Positions 10,501 to 22,229 of a stretch of 64,000 bases of DNA are shown here, piece after piece (the first letter of the stretch is position 1; each line of letters starts with the position of its first letter). The notes below the pieces were generated by a model, which worked only from the letters and a program-made list of their open reading frames with translations, had not been told where the DNA came from and searched no databases. Source of the stretch: Podarcis bocagei (Eukaryota). The DNA lies in the NCBI GenBank assembly GCA_964188305.1, contig OZ076899.1, one strand, 5' to 3'. A program made the position numbers and the translations under genes.

Positions 10501-13500
10501 CGAGAAGGCGTATCTCGAGCTTGAGCGGCATCTGAAAAGGAAGCCAGGAGGCAGGTGGGCAACAATACGGCTGCAAGGCTTGCTGGACCTCACCCTCCTT
10601 CCCTGCCACCCTCCTTCTCATTTTATCAATGGGCAGCCAATGCAGGTGAGAGACTTGCTCCAGGCCACCCAGGGGGTTGATGAGACTGGCATTGGCTTTC
10701 AACTCCCAGCTTCCCAGACCTAGGGCTGCCATTCTGCCTCTATGGAACCAAATTGGCTTTGTGGCTCTGTGCTTGGAGTTGTGGTGGGGCCTAAAGCTGC
10801 CCTGCTCAGGGCTGCTTGGCTCCCTGGCACCAGCACGCACCTCGGTGCTCCTTTCCATAATAGTGGATGGTCAGGTGAAGAAGAGGAAGCAGGTTGTCAT
10901 CGTCAAGCAGCACTTTGTGGGCAGATTGCTGGAAGGCGACATTCACATCTGAGGAGAAAAGCCAGACCAGAACGACTTACTCCAGATGAGCGCACAGTGA
11001 GCAAGGAAGGCACAGTCACCTGTTTCCACTCTCCCACCCCCATGCCCTTTTCAGAGTTTGTGCCACAACAGCTTACAGAACCAAACTGTGCCTATGCAGG
11101 AGCCAAGAGTCTTGGTAGAAAGGCTTGGGAAGCAGGGAAGTATCTGAGTAGAGAGTTGTCGGTCTGATCCACCAACCTCACCAGCTCAGCCTAACGGAGA
11201 AGCCAGATCCCATGAAACTCACCATGTTCTGTCACTGCGGTGGGAGGTGTCTTCAGCATCTGCTGTGCGGTGTCAATGAAGGCCTGAAACAGTTCTCCTC
11301 TCCCCAAGAGATAAAAATCTTTAATAATCTAGAAAGGAGGAGAGAATGACTAAATGCATCAGGATACAGAACCCATGGGCCCCTGCAAGCAACACTCCAC
11401 TGGCAAGAGTGAGTCTCCTCCTGCACAAAGAGAGAGGAACAGCTTTGGAAGCTCCATATGGGGGGTTTGCATGTACCTTCAGTTGTCCTATTAAATCCGA
11501 TTCTTCCACCATGAGCTTCCATAAGTGCTAAGGGAGAGAGAACAGTCCATCAGCATCAAGAACCAGGAATCCCCAGCAGCAGCAGCAGCTCCGAGTTGCT
11601 GCTGGGACCTTCCGCCCCACTGCAGCCAGGACTTGATCTGTTTGCTTTGAGTGACAGAGACTACTTGCCCATTGCTGGGCAGGCTCTCCATGCTCTATAT
11701 GGCAGGACTGACAAACAGCCGGTCTATGGGATATTGTAACAGTTGAGGCTTTTAAAAAGCTTAATTATTGTGCAGGGTGCATTAGCAAGAGACAAATGTT
11801 AATTCTGGATCCCCACCTGTCACCCCTCCCCCCGCACCAATTAGACTTTTGAAAAGCAGGGGAGAGGACTAATATCACCTCACTCTATGAATTGATCTGC
11901 CATTAAAATCAAATCTCCCACACAGAGATTAGGCTTTATTAAAGCTTTTATTGTTGCTAATGGGAGCTTTTAACATAGTGAGGCTTTCTTGAGAGGGAAG
12001 AGAATTCACTGAATGGGTGCTGGTGGTGGTGATCAGGTTGCTCCGGCATGGCATGGCACTTTTGACTCCATTCCAGCAAGTAATCCCAAGAAGGAATGTG
12101 ACCCTCAGCCTGAAAAATGGTTTCCAACAAGCTCTGGCAAGGGGTTTGCAAATGGCTCTCTGCTGCTACCTCACAAAGAACTTAGTGCATGCAAATCTAG
12201 AGCTACGGCTGACCTCTGCCACAGTGCTCCGTATCCAGTCCACCACTGTCTCAAAGTCCACCAGGTTGAAGAGAGGCTGCTGTTTGAGGCGATGCAGCTC
12301 AGCTGCAAAGGTGTCCTCCTGGTTCTTCAGGATGGAGCCTGTGAGGCAACGAAAGGCAAGGAAGAGTGGCCTAACCTCGACACAAGATGCCAGTCATGGC
12401 CTCCATCAGCAGAGCTTTGCAGAGGACAAAGGCTGTTCAAGGTTGCATCAAGATCCAGCTTGGAAAAGTGGAGGAGAGGAAAAGGGGGGGGGAATTGCTC
12501 TCCCACTTTTTCAAGCAAGTTCTTGCATAGGTCAGATTTTAAGACTGGAGAGTGTTTGCATTGTAAGAATTGGAAGCCTTTCAAGCTTCTGAAACACATT
12601 GAGCTTCAGTGAAGTTTTGCATCCGTGAGCACCAGAGCCTGTTCTCCTTTTTGCTTCGTGGCTGACAGATGCCAACAACCCGAGCTTATAGACGACCAAA
12701 ATGCTTGAAATATTTTAAACAGAGGGAAATGGAAAACTGCTTCACTCCAACCCACTGAGGACTGTGCAATGCACACAGTGATAGCAGCAGATGCAACTTC
12801 AATTTGGGAAACTGGTAACAAAGCAGACAATGGAGGTGGGCTGAGGACAGTCTTTGTTTTCTCCTGGAAACAGCTGGCTGGTATTAAGTCAAAAAACCTC
12901 TTGCTGTTCCAAAGTGGCCTTCCTGAGAGCAGGGTACTGTGGCTCCAAAATCTTTTCAGTGCTTCCCAGTCGTTCTGTATTAAGTACAAATACCAGAGCT
13001 AGGAGGAAGCAGGTCCTTCTTCGAACCTGTTTTAAAACGCACGCACACACACACATACACACACTCTCTCTCTCTCTCTATATATATATATATTCCCCTT
13101 TCTCTGGCAGAGTAGAGGGGTCCTTTACCTTTACGGAGCCGCCATACTCTACCTCAAGGAAAGAGTGGCAGAGCAAGGGGGAGGGGTGGCTCAAGTGCTT
13201 TGCAGGGAGGGTCCATTCCATCTTGCGCAGACCCCTGGTGAGGCATCCCAGCACTTCCCTGCTGTGTCCCAGGGTGCCCTTATGAATGGACAGCCAAGAA
13301 ACAACCACCCTGCAGTTTTCAAACCTTGCTGCCCTCACGCAGAATAAAATGAGTCAAAGTGTCTCCTACCTTTTTTGGTAAGGCTCACATTTTGACTCTC
13401 AAACATCTGGACAGACTCTCCCACAAAAAGGATCTTCTCAGCAACTCGCACAGGGATGTAGGATGGCAGCATTTCAATCCGCAGAGAGAACTGCTTTGGG

Positions 13501-16500
13501 GATGGTGCCAACATGTTCTCCTCTTCAATCAGCCGCTGTTGGAAGGAGAGGTGAAAATGGGGGAAAGTCAAAGAACCCCACGCACAAACATGGCGGCTCC
13601 AAGTAGAAAGCCCCATCCCCAATCCTGAAGACTGTCCATCAAAGGATAGGTGTGTGTTAAGACTTAGCTGGAACCATCAAGCTGTGTCAGCGGGGAGCAG
13701 AGCAGGATTTTTGATCCATGAAACAATGGCTGAGTCAGAAAAGAATACTTGAGCTATCAAAAAAGAAAGTTCTAGATCCAACTACAAAAAGATGACTGGA
13801 GGGGACTGAACAGGTTTCACAAGGCAAAAGAGCACCTGGCTTGATGGCTGAGCATCTGCTTTGCATGCAAGCAGCCTTGCATGTCCAACCCCCCAACATC
13901 TCCATGTGGGACAGGGAGAAGCCTGTGAAGCCCTAGGGAGGGGCTGCTAGGCAGTGTGGACTATGCTGAGCTAGAGGGATTGGGAGGCGGATTCAGCTTC
14001 CTTTGCATTTAGCACCCAAACCTCACCATGTCCTGCAGCTCTCGCAGCTGTTTCCCCGTCAGCCCTCCGATCCCCAGGTCCTCCTCCTCCTCTTCGGGCT
14101 GGGCAGGGACAGACCCCGAAGAAGGGCCTTGCTTGATGAAGAACTCCTCATGTTGGTCCAGGAGCAGCCCATGCAGCATCCAGGCAGAGAGCTGCTTGTA
14201 CATGGCAGCATGGCACATGGCCAAGACCCTGGAGGGGGACACAGCAGTAGAGGGAAGGGGGCTTGACCAGGCTGCAGCCACAATGGAGCTGCTGCCATTG
14301 GTGGCTGGGGGCAGGGAAACAAACACCATCCAAGGCAACAGTGGGACTTCAGGAACATTAACTTGTTCAGGGGGCAGGTTCCCAGGACCCATAACCTGGC
14401 ATTCCTCCTTAGCGCATGGGCTGGCCCCACCCAGGAGGGTTTCTTACTTTTCCAAAGCACGGCGCACAGGTGGCAGACCACCTCGGCTATGTCTGTGAAC
14501 CACCTCCAGGATTTGACAGCCATGAATCTGCAAAGGAAAAGCAGATCCCTTGCAAGAGCTGATGTTGCCATATGTTCCTACAACACTGGCTGGCAGCTGG
14601 ATTCTGGAAGGTCCAGAGACCAGCTAGCCTGGATGGAGGAAGCTCCTCATCCACATGCAGGCAGCATTTCCAGCTCCCTGCTCTACTTTTCTGTGGATGA
14701 TGGTACCAGAACTCCTACTTCCCATTTTTCACCTCTAGTGAGGTGAGAGAAATCAGCACCATCTCAGTTACACACAAAATTTGCCCTCTATTATCAAATC
14801 AAGCCAGGCAGGTGCCTGTGAAAACAGGGCCACCACCAAGGGAGATCAGGATTCTGAACTGTACCTTCTGGGTCTTTATTTGCTCCACCACAGTCATCAG
14901 TGAGGGGAAAAGGAGCTGGAACTGCAAAACAAGAATCAGCTGGTGAGGAATGATTTGCTAGTTTGAGACAATAATGGGGGAAAAAGAGAACAGAGTGTTG
15001 TACTTAATGTGACAGATGAGATCTTTTTCTAATGTGGGTTGGGAATCCTCCTATGAGCTGCTCCTCCCACTTACTCCAATAGGCAAGGCTATGAAACAGA
15101 CTGCGTGGGAAAGAGCCTTTCCTAATTTCAATGTCACATAGCAAAATGGAAGTATCTTCCTTCTTGCACATGGGCTTCATTTGTGTGTTGCTTTCATGTT
15201 TTGTCCCCCCCCACCCTGCAGTTGGGGCTCCCCTCGATAGTCCACCTAAATAAGTAGACACCTACTAAGATGACCTCCCTAACTTCATTAATTCTTCAAG
15301 GAATGTTATTTGCCCCCTTTTAAGGTGCAGACACTGTACCTGCTGTGTAGATAAAAGTGTCAGATTTCTCTTGCTTAGGACATCAGAAATTGGAAATGGC
15401 TGCCAAGATTCTACTCACAGAGATTCACTCTGCCACAGTATGTTTCCTAAACCACACACAATTACTTGCACCACACTTTAGGTTTTTGCAAACTTTCCGC
15501 ATGATCAGGATTATGTTCCTTAAGATAATGCCTGTGCAAGCCTTTTTCTCAAAACGGGAAAGGAAAGGCCTTCCATGTTGCCTATTGAACATCAGGCAAG
15601 GATGCAATAACTAACAAGGATCAACATCAATGCAGGCTATAAATGCAGTTCAGAAGACTAAGCTTCCCTTCAGACCCAAAGTACATATTAAATACTGCAC
15701 ATTAAGATGTGCCACCTTAATGAACCAGTTGGAGGAGGCATGTGGATTGCAGCCTCCTAGTTTCTCTGTGTGTCTACAGAGTTTCCTTGTGAAAAGCTCT
15801 GATGCTGCTACCGCCGCCACCTGGCCTGGGTCCAGAATTTTGCTATTATCACTGAAAATGGCCATCTGCCTAAACTAATGTTACCTTTCCTGAGGAGGCC
15901 CTTTGCTCATAGGATGGGTACTCTAGCAAAAACTGAGCTTGCCTAGGCAGCCCCCTGCCCCACAAGAATGTGGTCTGATTAACCCCCTTGTCTTCCTTCA
16001 GTGCAGCCTGCAATGTAGAATAATTTTCAGTGGAAGGCAGCCAACAGGAGTTAAGAGTGATGCATACATAATCATCCCTAGGCAGCTCTCCTTTCTCTTT
16101 GGCGGGAAGAGAGACTGAGTCCCCTGTCAGGATCCGGAGCCTCTCCAAACTGACTAGGTGAATAAAGGTGCTCTGGGGGAAAGCTGGTAAGTGGCCCCTC
16201 AGATGGAGCCAGAGCTCTTGTATAAGACCCTCCATTCTCATATTCTAGCCACTCAGGATGATAAACCTTTTATCTCTCTTTCCAAGCTTCCTGTGTCCCA
16301 AGAGCCTCTCTCTGAGAGACTCAAGAAAGTACTGTATTTTTCGCCCTATAGGACGCACTTTTTCCCCTCGAAAAATGAAGGGGAAATCTGTGTGCATCCT
16401 ATGGAGCGAATGCAGGCTTTCGCTGAAGTGTGGAGAGCGAGAGGGGTCGGCGCACACCGACCCCTCTCGCTCTCCAGGCTTCAGGAAGCTATCAGCAAGC

Positions 16501-19500
16501 CTGGGGAGCCCGCGGGAGTTCCCGCAGGGCTCCCTAGGCTGCGGATAGCAGCCTGCTGCCCAGAGCGCGCCGAAGCAGAGCGCCCCGCGCTTCGGGCAGG
16601 TATCCGCAGCCTAGGGAGCCCTGCAGGAGTTCACGCAGGGCTCCCTAGGCTGCGGATAGCAGTCTGCTGCCCAGAGCGCCGGGCGTGCTGAAGCAAAGCG
16701 CCCCACGCTTCGGGCAGATATCTGCGGTGGGGGGGGGGAATAATTTTTTTTATTCCCCCCCCCAAAAAAGTAGGTGCGTCCTATGGGCCAGTGCGTCCTA
16801 TAGGGCGAAAAATACAGTACTTGCCCATTGCTCACACTGGCAGTTCACAGGATGTCCCTTGGGGCAGGAGGGCCCTTACAGAGATTGGGATAGCCAATGA
16901 ATCAGACTGAGGGAAGGAAGAGAATCCTTGCCTTTATGGAAGTTGTGTCAAGGCTTGCTCCTGCCTCAATTTTTTTATTTATTCCACTGCAGGAAAAGGA
17001 TCGGAGACAGGAAACTGGCCGTGGAGCCCCATCCCTTGTGCTAGAGCTCCAGGGCTCAGCCAGACAAGAACAAGAGCAGTTGAGGTCCTGCCCTTCAAAA
17101 CAGACCTCCAGATCTTATTCAAGGCAGTCAGTGTGAACTAATACAGCTCACTCATATAGGCAAGCCTCTTTTCAGCAGGCAACCATGAAGAGAAGGCACC
17201 ATCCAGAGAAGGCAGCTCCTCCAACAGAAGGGAGGTATGGGCAGGGAGAACTCACTTGATCCAGCGAATAATTGACATGCGAGATGGTAAGGTGAGGATC
17301 GGCCAGAAACTGGAAAAAATGAAAGGTGGGTGAGAGACTGGAGTAAGTCTTTGTTTTGACTTCTTGTTTTGCAAATCCTAAGTTGCACAAGCAGGAAAGG
17401 AGCACTCTCTGGAGCTTTTTGAATATAGCAGTTATACAGATGGCACTGTTTCCTACAGAGATCCAACATACATGGGTGGAATTAGCAATGCATGACACTG
17501 GCTGGCATGTCAAGAACTGTCCGTGTCCAGACCTTTTAGGTCAAAGCAGTGGGATAACAAAGCAAGGTTTATTCAGTATACTCGTTACCTACACTGGCCT
17601 GTTGCTTTTAAATTACAAATTGGTAAGTGCTGATTTGAGGCACAGACAATCTTTGGCTGTGGAGCCCTACGCCTGAAGCCAGGAAAAATACAGCAATTTG
17701 GTGCAAGTTGGCTTGTCAGGTAAGCACCTGCTGGGTCTGGAACCACCTCCAGCCAAGGCCCCTGCTTCTGTGGAGAAGGGAAACTCCTCCAGCCTCAGCT
17801 TTCAATATTACATTAAGCTCCTCTTCCCCATTCTCTCAACTAGCCTTTTCTCACCTCCTCCTTCTGCTCCTTGCCTGCTCTTCCCCCCCAAAAAAACTTG
17901 CATGTTGCTGCCTGTTTGGGAGATTCCTTCATCCTCTTCAATTGTGCTTTCCCTGCTCTTGCCTTCCAGTACTGTGTACCTGGGAGATCATGAGTTGGTG
18001 CTTTGGGCATCATGGTCAATAAGTTGCCCCAGCCCTGCACTCACTCTGGGCTCATTTTGGGTCTGTGGCTGCTGCCGACCCTTGACTTACACCCAGAGTA
18101 CTAGGCTGGAACTGATTGGCTGCCAGTAACCAGATCCCCTGGGGCATTTTAGAGCTTGGTGTTAGAACTGCTGTCCTTTTATAGCCATGTCTCTCTCCCC
18201 ATGCCCCCACCACCACACCAAAGTTCAGGAGGTAGCTGCAACCAGTTCTTCTCTCTGAGCTTCAATTTTGCAACTGGCTCAGATGGGTGGATGCCGTGCC
18301 CTTGCTGCTTACCAGAAGAGAAGCTTGTCTTCTCTTGCTTCAAGGGTCCAACACCTCCTCTATGGTTTAGCTGCTACAGAGCTACGCAGCCATGGTGCTG
18401 GAATTTAATGCTCATCAGCATTTTTGTCTGCATGGCTAATAATTTTGTCTCTGTTAATAATGAAGGACACCATCAACAGATGCAATCTGATTGGTGCCCT
18501 CTCTGCTAAACAAGCAAGTAGTCACTTATGCTCTATTCTTGTACAATGTCTAGTTGTGGGGTGGCTTAGTGAAAAGGAGTCATGAATACAGATTAACAAA
18601 CCACTATTACTGACAAAAACCTGCAGTTGGATTTGATGGGCAGAGCATCATGCAATATTTACTACAGAAACCCACTGTGCCCTGCTTACCTCCTGCTCCA
18701 AGTCAAGCAGGGCCTGCCGATATGGACGCAGCACGGCATCAAGCCCAGTGCAGAAAGCCCGCAGATAAATCCCTTGCTGGGAGGGGTGCAGATCCTGAAA
18801 GTGGATCAAGGAAGGGTTAATCTCCTGGCATGCATAAGGCTCTAGAACCACCTCTATTGCCATGAGTGGAAGCGACCCAAAGGCAACGCAACCCCCCCTC
18901 CCTCCATTGTTCTAGGACTGCATCCTGCCACAAAAGCCCTTGCACAGGAGGTGCAATTAGGAGAAGGGCTTGTTCAATAAATGCACACATTGCTTTTCAA
19001 GAAAGCTCCTCCACAAACATCACTGTTTTTTGACAGCAGTATTACAGACAACGTTCTTCCATAAAAGCAGCCAAAACAATGAACACCCCCAAGGCCCAGC
19101 AATTGAAAAAAGAAAGCCAGGGGGAAAATAAACCTCGGAGGACCTCATGGACAGGGATGTGGGGCCCTTCTGGGTATTGAGGGGCAGGAGAGAGAGAGAT
19201 GCGGAGGCGGCGGGCTGCAGCCCTTGATGTCCTGGCTCTTTTAGGCCTCGAGAATGGACGGAGAGAAACAGCCTGTGAGGGAAAGGGCCGAGTCGCTTCC
19301 GCAGAGGGTCACTGCCCATAAACGGCCGGAGAAGTGACAGGCAAGCGGGCAAAAGTGGGGGCCTCGCTTGCCTAACGCCCTGACGCGCCCGCGGGGAAGG
19401 CGCTCTGCACATGCTCAGGGGACCGCTCACCTGCGGCTGCACGGGCAGGGCTGCTGCTGCTGAAGGGGCTGACGGGGCGCCGGGGGGAGGCTGCTGCTGC

Positions 19501-19859
19501 TGCCCGCCCTGCGAGGGGCCTCCTTGCGAGGGCGGCGGCTGGACGTGCTCGGCTGCGAACTGCTCGACGAAGTCGCTGAAGCGAATGTAGAAGGCGCCGA
19601 GGCGGCAGACGCGGGCCAGGAGGGCGGCCTCGCTCGGGTGAAGGAAGGGCGGCAGCACCGGCTCCTGAGGCACCTGCGGGAGAGGAGGGCAACGAGAAGC
19701 CGGTTAGGGTGGGAGGCGGAGGCGGAGGCGGCCTGGGGCGCCTCTTCCCCAGGGGGCGGAGCGGGACGCCACCTGCAGGCAGACGCTGCCGCCGCCTCCA
19801 ACGGTGACGAAGAGGCCTCCGGTGTAGCCGCGCAGCGCCAGCAGCAGCTCGTGGATCAT
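7571..19859 (-). CDS. TUBGCP4: Gamma-tubulin complex component 4 (GCP4), complete 18-exon CDS, 702 aa
   Basis: Exons in - strand order: 19859-19773, 19673-19431, 18794-18690, 17309-17256, 14921-14865, 14527-14448, 14228-14027, 13535-13370, 12338-12214, 11527-11477, 11328-11223, 10948-10841, 10531-10393, 10231-10054, 9877-9743, 8738-8622, 8229-8090, 7586-7571. Total 2109 nt, all GT-AG and phase-consistent. Starts [12 protein letters not shown]. Contains [94 protein letters not shown] and [14 protein letters not shown]. The terminal mini-exon (SVGLE*) is the least certain part. Confidence 0.96.
9035..9388. mobile_element. Tc1/mariner-pogo type MITE with internal tandem repeats
   Basis: TIRs CAGTGGTGCCCCGCAAGACGAA and TTCGTCTTGCGAGGCACCACTG, with TA on both sides. 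Repeated CGCAAGACG motifs and a GCTGATCCGCTAAGCC array at ~9205-9305. Confidence 0.9.
13845..14003 (+). mobile_element. Degenerate squamate SINE
   Basis: tRNA-like start (GAGCATCTGCTTTGCATGCA) and a GCTGAGCTAGA...CAGCTTCCT tail. A related reversed fragment lies at ~28714-28800. Confidence 0.4.
16332..16817. mobile_element. Pogo/Tigger-like MITE with a GC-rich internal ~110-bp dimer
   Basis: Perfect 27-bp TIR CTGTATTTTTCGCCCTATAGGACGCAC / GTGCGTCCTATAGGGCGAAAAATACAG, flanked by TA. Two internal units start at 16498 and 16608. Confidence 0.92.
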
Positions 19860-20350
19860 CGCGGCGGCCGGCGAAGAGCGAACGACGGCGCCCCGCAAGG
19901 CCCGACGGGAAAAGGAGGGGGTGCGCGCGCCTACCGCCTCCGAGCGCATAGAGCTAGCAAAAGGTTGGGAAGGGCAGGCGGCCCTCACCGCGCGTGGCTC
20001 GTTGGCCGAGCACTTGTAAAGCTGAGCGGGACAGCGCTTCAAACCGCGAGGAGAGCGGCAGCAGATCTGTGCGCGGCTTTGCAAAAAAACGAAACACAGG
20101 CGGGGAAGCCAATCGCAGCAGGCGCTGCAGGGAAGATTGGGGGGGGGGGGCGAGGCGGGAATGTGCTTTCAATGCACTGCTTGTACGTGTAGAGCTAGCA
20201 AAAGATAGCAGAGGCAGGAGGCTCTCGGCTGCGGGACTGCGTTCAAACCGCCCGCGATTTTGGATGGAGGAAGGGCGGGTTTCAGAATGGAATTCGTAAG
20301 GTGCCCCGCGTGGGCGTAGCTAGGATTTGGGGGGCGGGGGGGGGGCAGGA
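19300..20350 (-). promoter_or_regulatory. CpG island / promoter of TUBGCP4 with CHR, CCAAT and E2F-like motifs
   Basis: Very GC- and CpG-rich over exons 1-2. TTTGAA on the - strand at 20038-20043 and 20242-20247, each preceded by GCGG. CCAAT at 20109-20113, ATTGG at 20136-20140, GGCGGGAA at 20154-20161. Confidence 0.75.
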
Positions 20351-21218
20351 CACTCACCTGTCATCATCCTCTGTCTGGCTCTGTCTAGCAGATTCGGAAT
20401 TAAATGTCCCAACTACAGTTGTTTTAAATTACTTTATTTTGGCCCCAAGTGTTCAGGAAAATCTCAAAATCTTCAGTCATTTGAAAACTAGAAAGTTAAA
20501 TTAAAAAATTAACATCAGGAAGTACCTTTCTTGCGGTTAACGAATATATTTCGCAAAATTACAAAGCACTCGCTTTTTAGACACTAGGGCATTTACCACA
20601 GGTTCCGATAAAGCAGAATATTTGGCTAACAGAGCGGCAGCAAAGATGAATTGAGCTTTGGTGGCAGCAGAATCTAGCTGGAGTGTCCATTTCCCCGTGT
20701 TGCCATTTCCTTCTAGTGATAATCTCTCCAACCCTTCAATGATGCTCATAAAATGCTCTTTAAATTGCTCTTTGAAAACTGCAATAGTTTTAATTATTTG
20801 ATTTGGGGGCAGCAGCTGCCCCCCTGCCTACACCCATGGTGCCACGACGGGGGGCAGCAATGACAGCCACAGGTGAACTGCACGTGGCTATGTAAAAAAG
20901 AAACACTTTCCAACCGCCTGACAGATATATGGGGGACTCCCATTAGTGGAGACACGATTTTGAGGGGGGGGCAGGCTTTTGTGTCCGGATTTTCACTTTT
21001 TTAAATATGGAAACTCTATAGAGGGTATTATAAGCAGCTCTCAGTCGGAGAACGATGGTGGACTGGCTGCATTTGCAGGGTCATTTTAAAAATCTGAATT
21101 GTAGCCTGAAATAATATATCCGGAGGTTTAAATCAGAACTAAGTTACAAAGAGGAGGGACTCTGATATTGGCTGCTACACGCGCATGTGTAAGTGTGTGT
21201 GTGAGAGAGATTGCTACC

Positions 21219-21724
21219 CAGCGCTTTTTTTCAGGGGGTATGCATACCCCTAAACATTTTGTGAATCTAAGTTTGGCCTCATTGAGGGGCAGTATTTCAA
21301 TGAGTAGGAAAATGAGAGTACCCCTAAAAAAACCAAAAAACCATTTATTTAAGGTAGATAAGGACAAGATGAAATTATACAATTGAATATAAATATAGAT
21401 GGGAAATGGCTATGTATTGTGAGTACTTATCTACTTTAAAAAATTTTCACTTATGATATTTTTCTCTTACTTCTTTATTCTTTCTTTGTTCTTTTTTCCT
21501 TTTTCCTGATATCTTCCATTTCACTGCTTTATTGTGAATAGCATTTTATAGAGGTATAAATAACTAAATATGAAAAGAAACAAAATATTCTCTAATTTTT
21601 TCCCCTTGGTTAGATGTATTTTCTTTTGTTGTGAATATGTATGTTTTCTAATTTGTACTTAATAAAAATATATTAAAAGAGAGAGAGAGTACCCCTAAAC
21701 ATTTTTTAAAGAAAAAAAGCACTG
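21219..21724. mobile_element. hAT-type MITE carrying a nested retro-insertion
   Basis: TIRs CAGCGCTTTTTTT / AAAAAAAGCACTG. Perfect 8-bp TSD TTGCTACC at 21211-21218 and 21725-21732. Confidence 0.85.
21329..21684 (+). mobile_element. AT-rich L1-like 3' end inserted into the MITE
   Basis: Flanked by a 15-bp duplication GAGAGTACCCCTAAA (21314-21328 and 21685-21699). T-rich body with AATAAA at 21661 and an A/AG-rich tail. Confidence 0.65.
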
Positions 21725-21897
21725 TTGCTACCTAATAAAAAAAAATCTGAATTTTTCTTATGGTTTCCAGTTGGCAGCAGGATTGCCAACTTGAATAAAA
21801 TATGGGAGGGCAGGCAAGCCCCGCCCCCATAATCGATTACATGACAGGGTGCAGGCACACAATTTGAATGGCAATAACCATCAACTAGGGGGGGGGG

Positions 21898-22075
21898 CAT
21901 AGCTGTCAACCTTCCCTTTTTTTGCGGGAAATTCCCCTATTCCAGCGCTGTTTCCCGCTGCTATCCCGGATTGTTAGATATTCCGCAGGCTGTCCCCGGG
22001 ACAGGTGAGGCTGCTGATCGCTTATTTTTGAGGCTGCTGATCCCTTATTTTCAAATCTGAAAGTTGACAGCTATG
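21898..22075. mobile_element. Short MITE (probably hAT)
   Basis: 13-bp TIR CATAGCTGTCAAC / GTTGACAGCTATG, inserted in a G-run. Internal ~23-bp tandem duplication TGAGGCTGCTGATCSCTTATTTT. Confidence 0.75.
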
Positions 22076-22229
22076 GGGGGGCTGGACCCCTCAAATATTT
22101 TATTGGGGGGCGGCGAAGACTCATCGGCTTGACTCCTATGAGGGGAGGGGGAAAATTCCAGCAAACCGAATTACGGCCTTGTTTCTTCTTGGGCTCGCCA
22201 AAATCCGCCATCATTGAAGGAAACGAACC

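Noticed and set aside
10700-10840. TUBGCP4 intron 12 translating to AREPSSPE...MAALGL, resembling exon 13 (possible duplicated exon)
   Set aside because: The AALGL codons differ at every third position from exon 13, the spacing does not match, and I found no convincing splice sites. Most likely coincidence.
16498-16725. Palindromic repeats superficially like a CRISPR or attC array
   Set aside because: There are only two units and no unique spacers, inside a TA-flanked MITE in a vertebrate intron.
19372-20299. Several 100-220 aa ORFs over the TUBGCP4 5' end
   Set aside because: They are alternative frames or the antisense of GC-rich exons 1-2 and the promoter.
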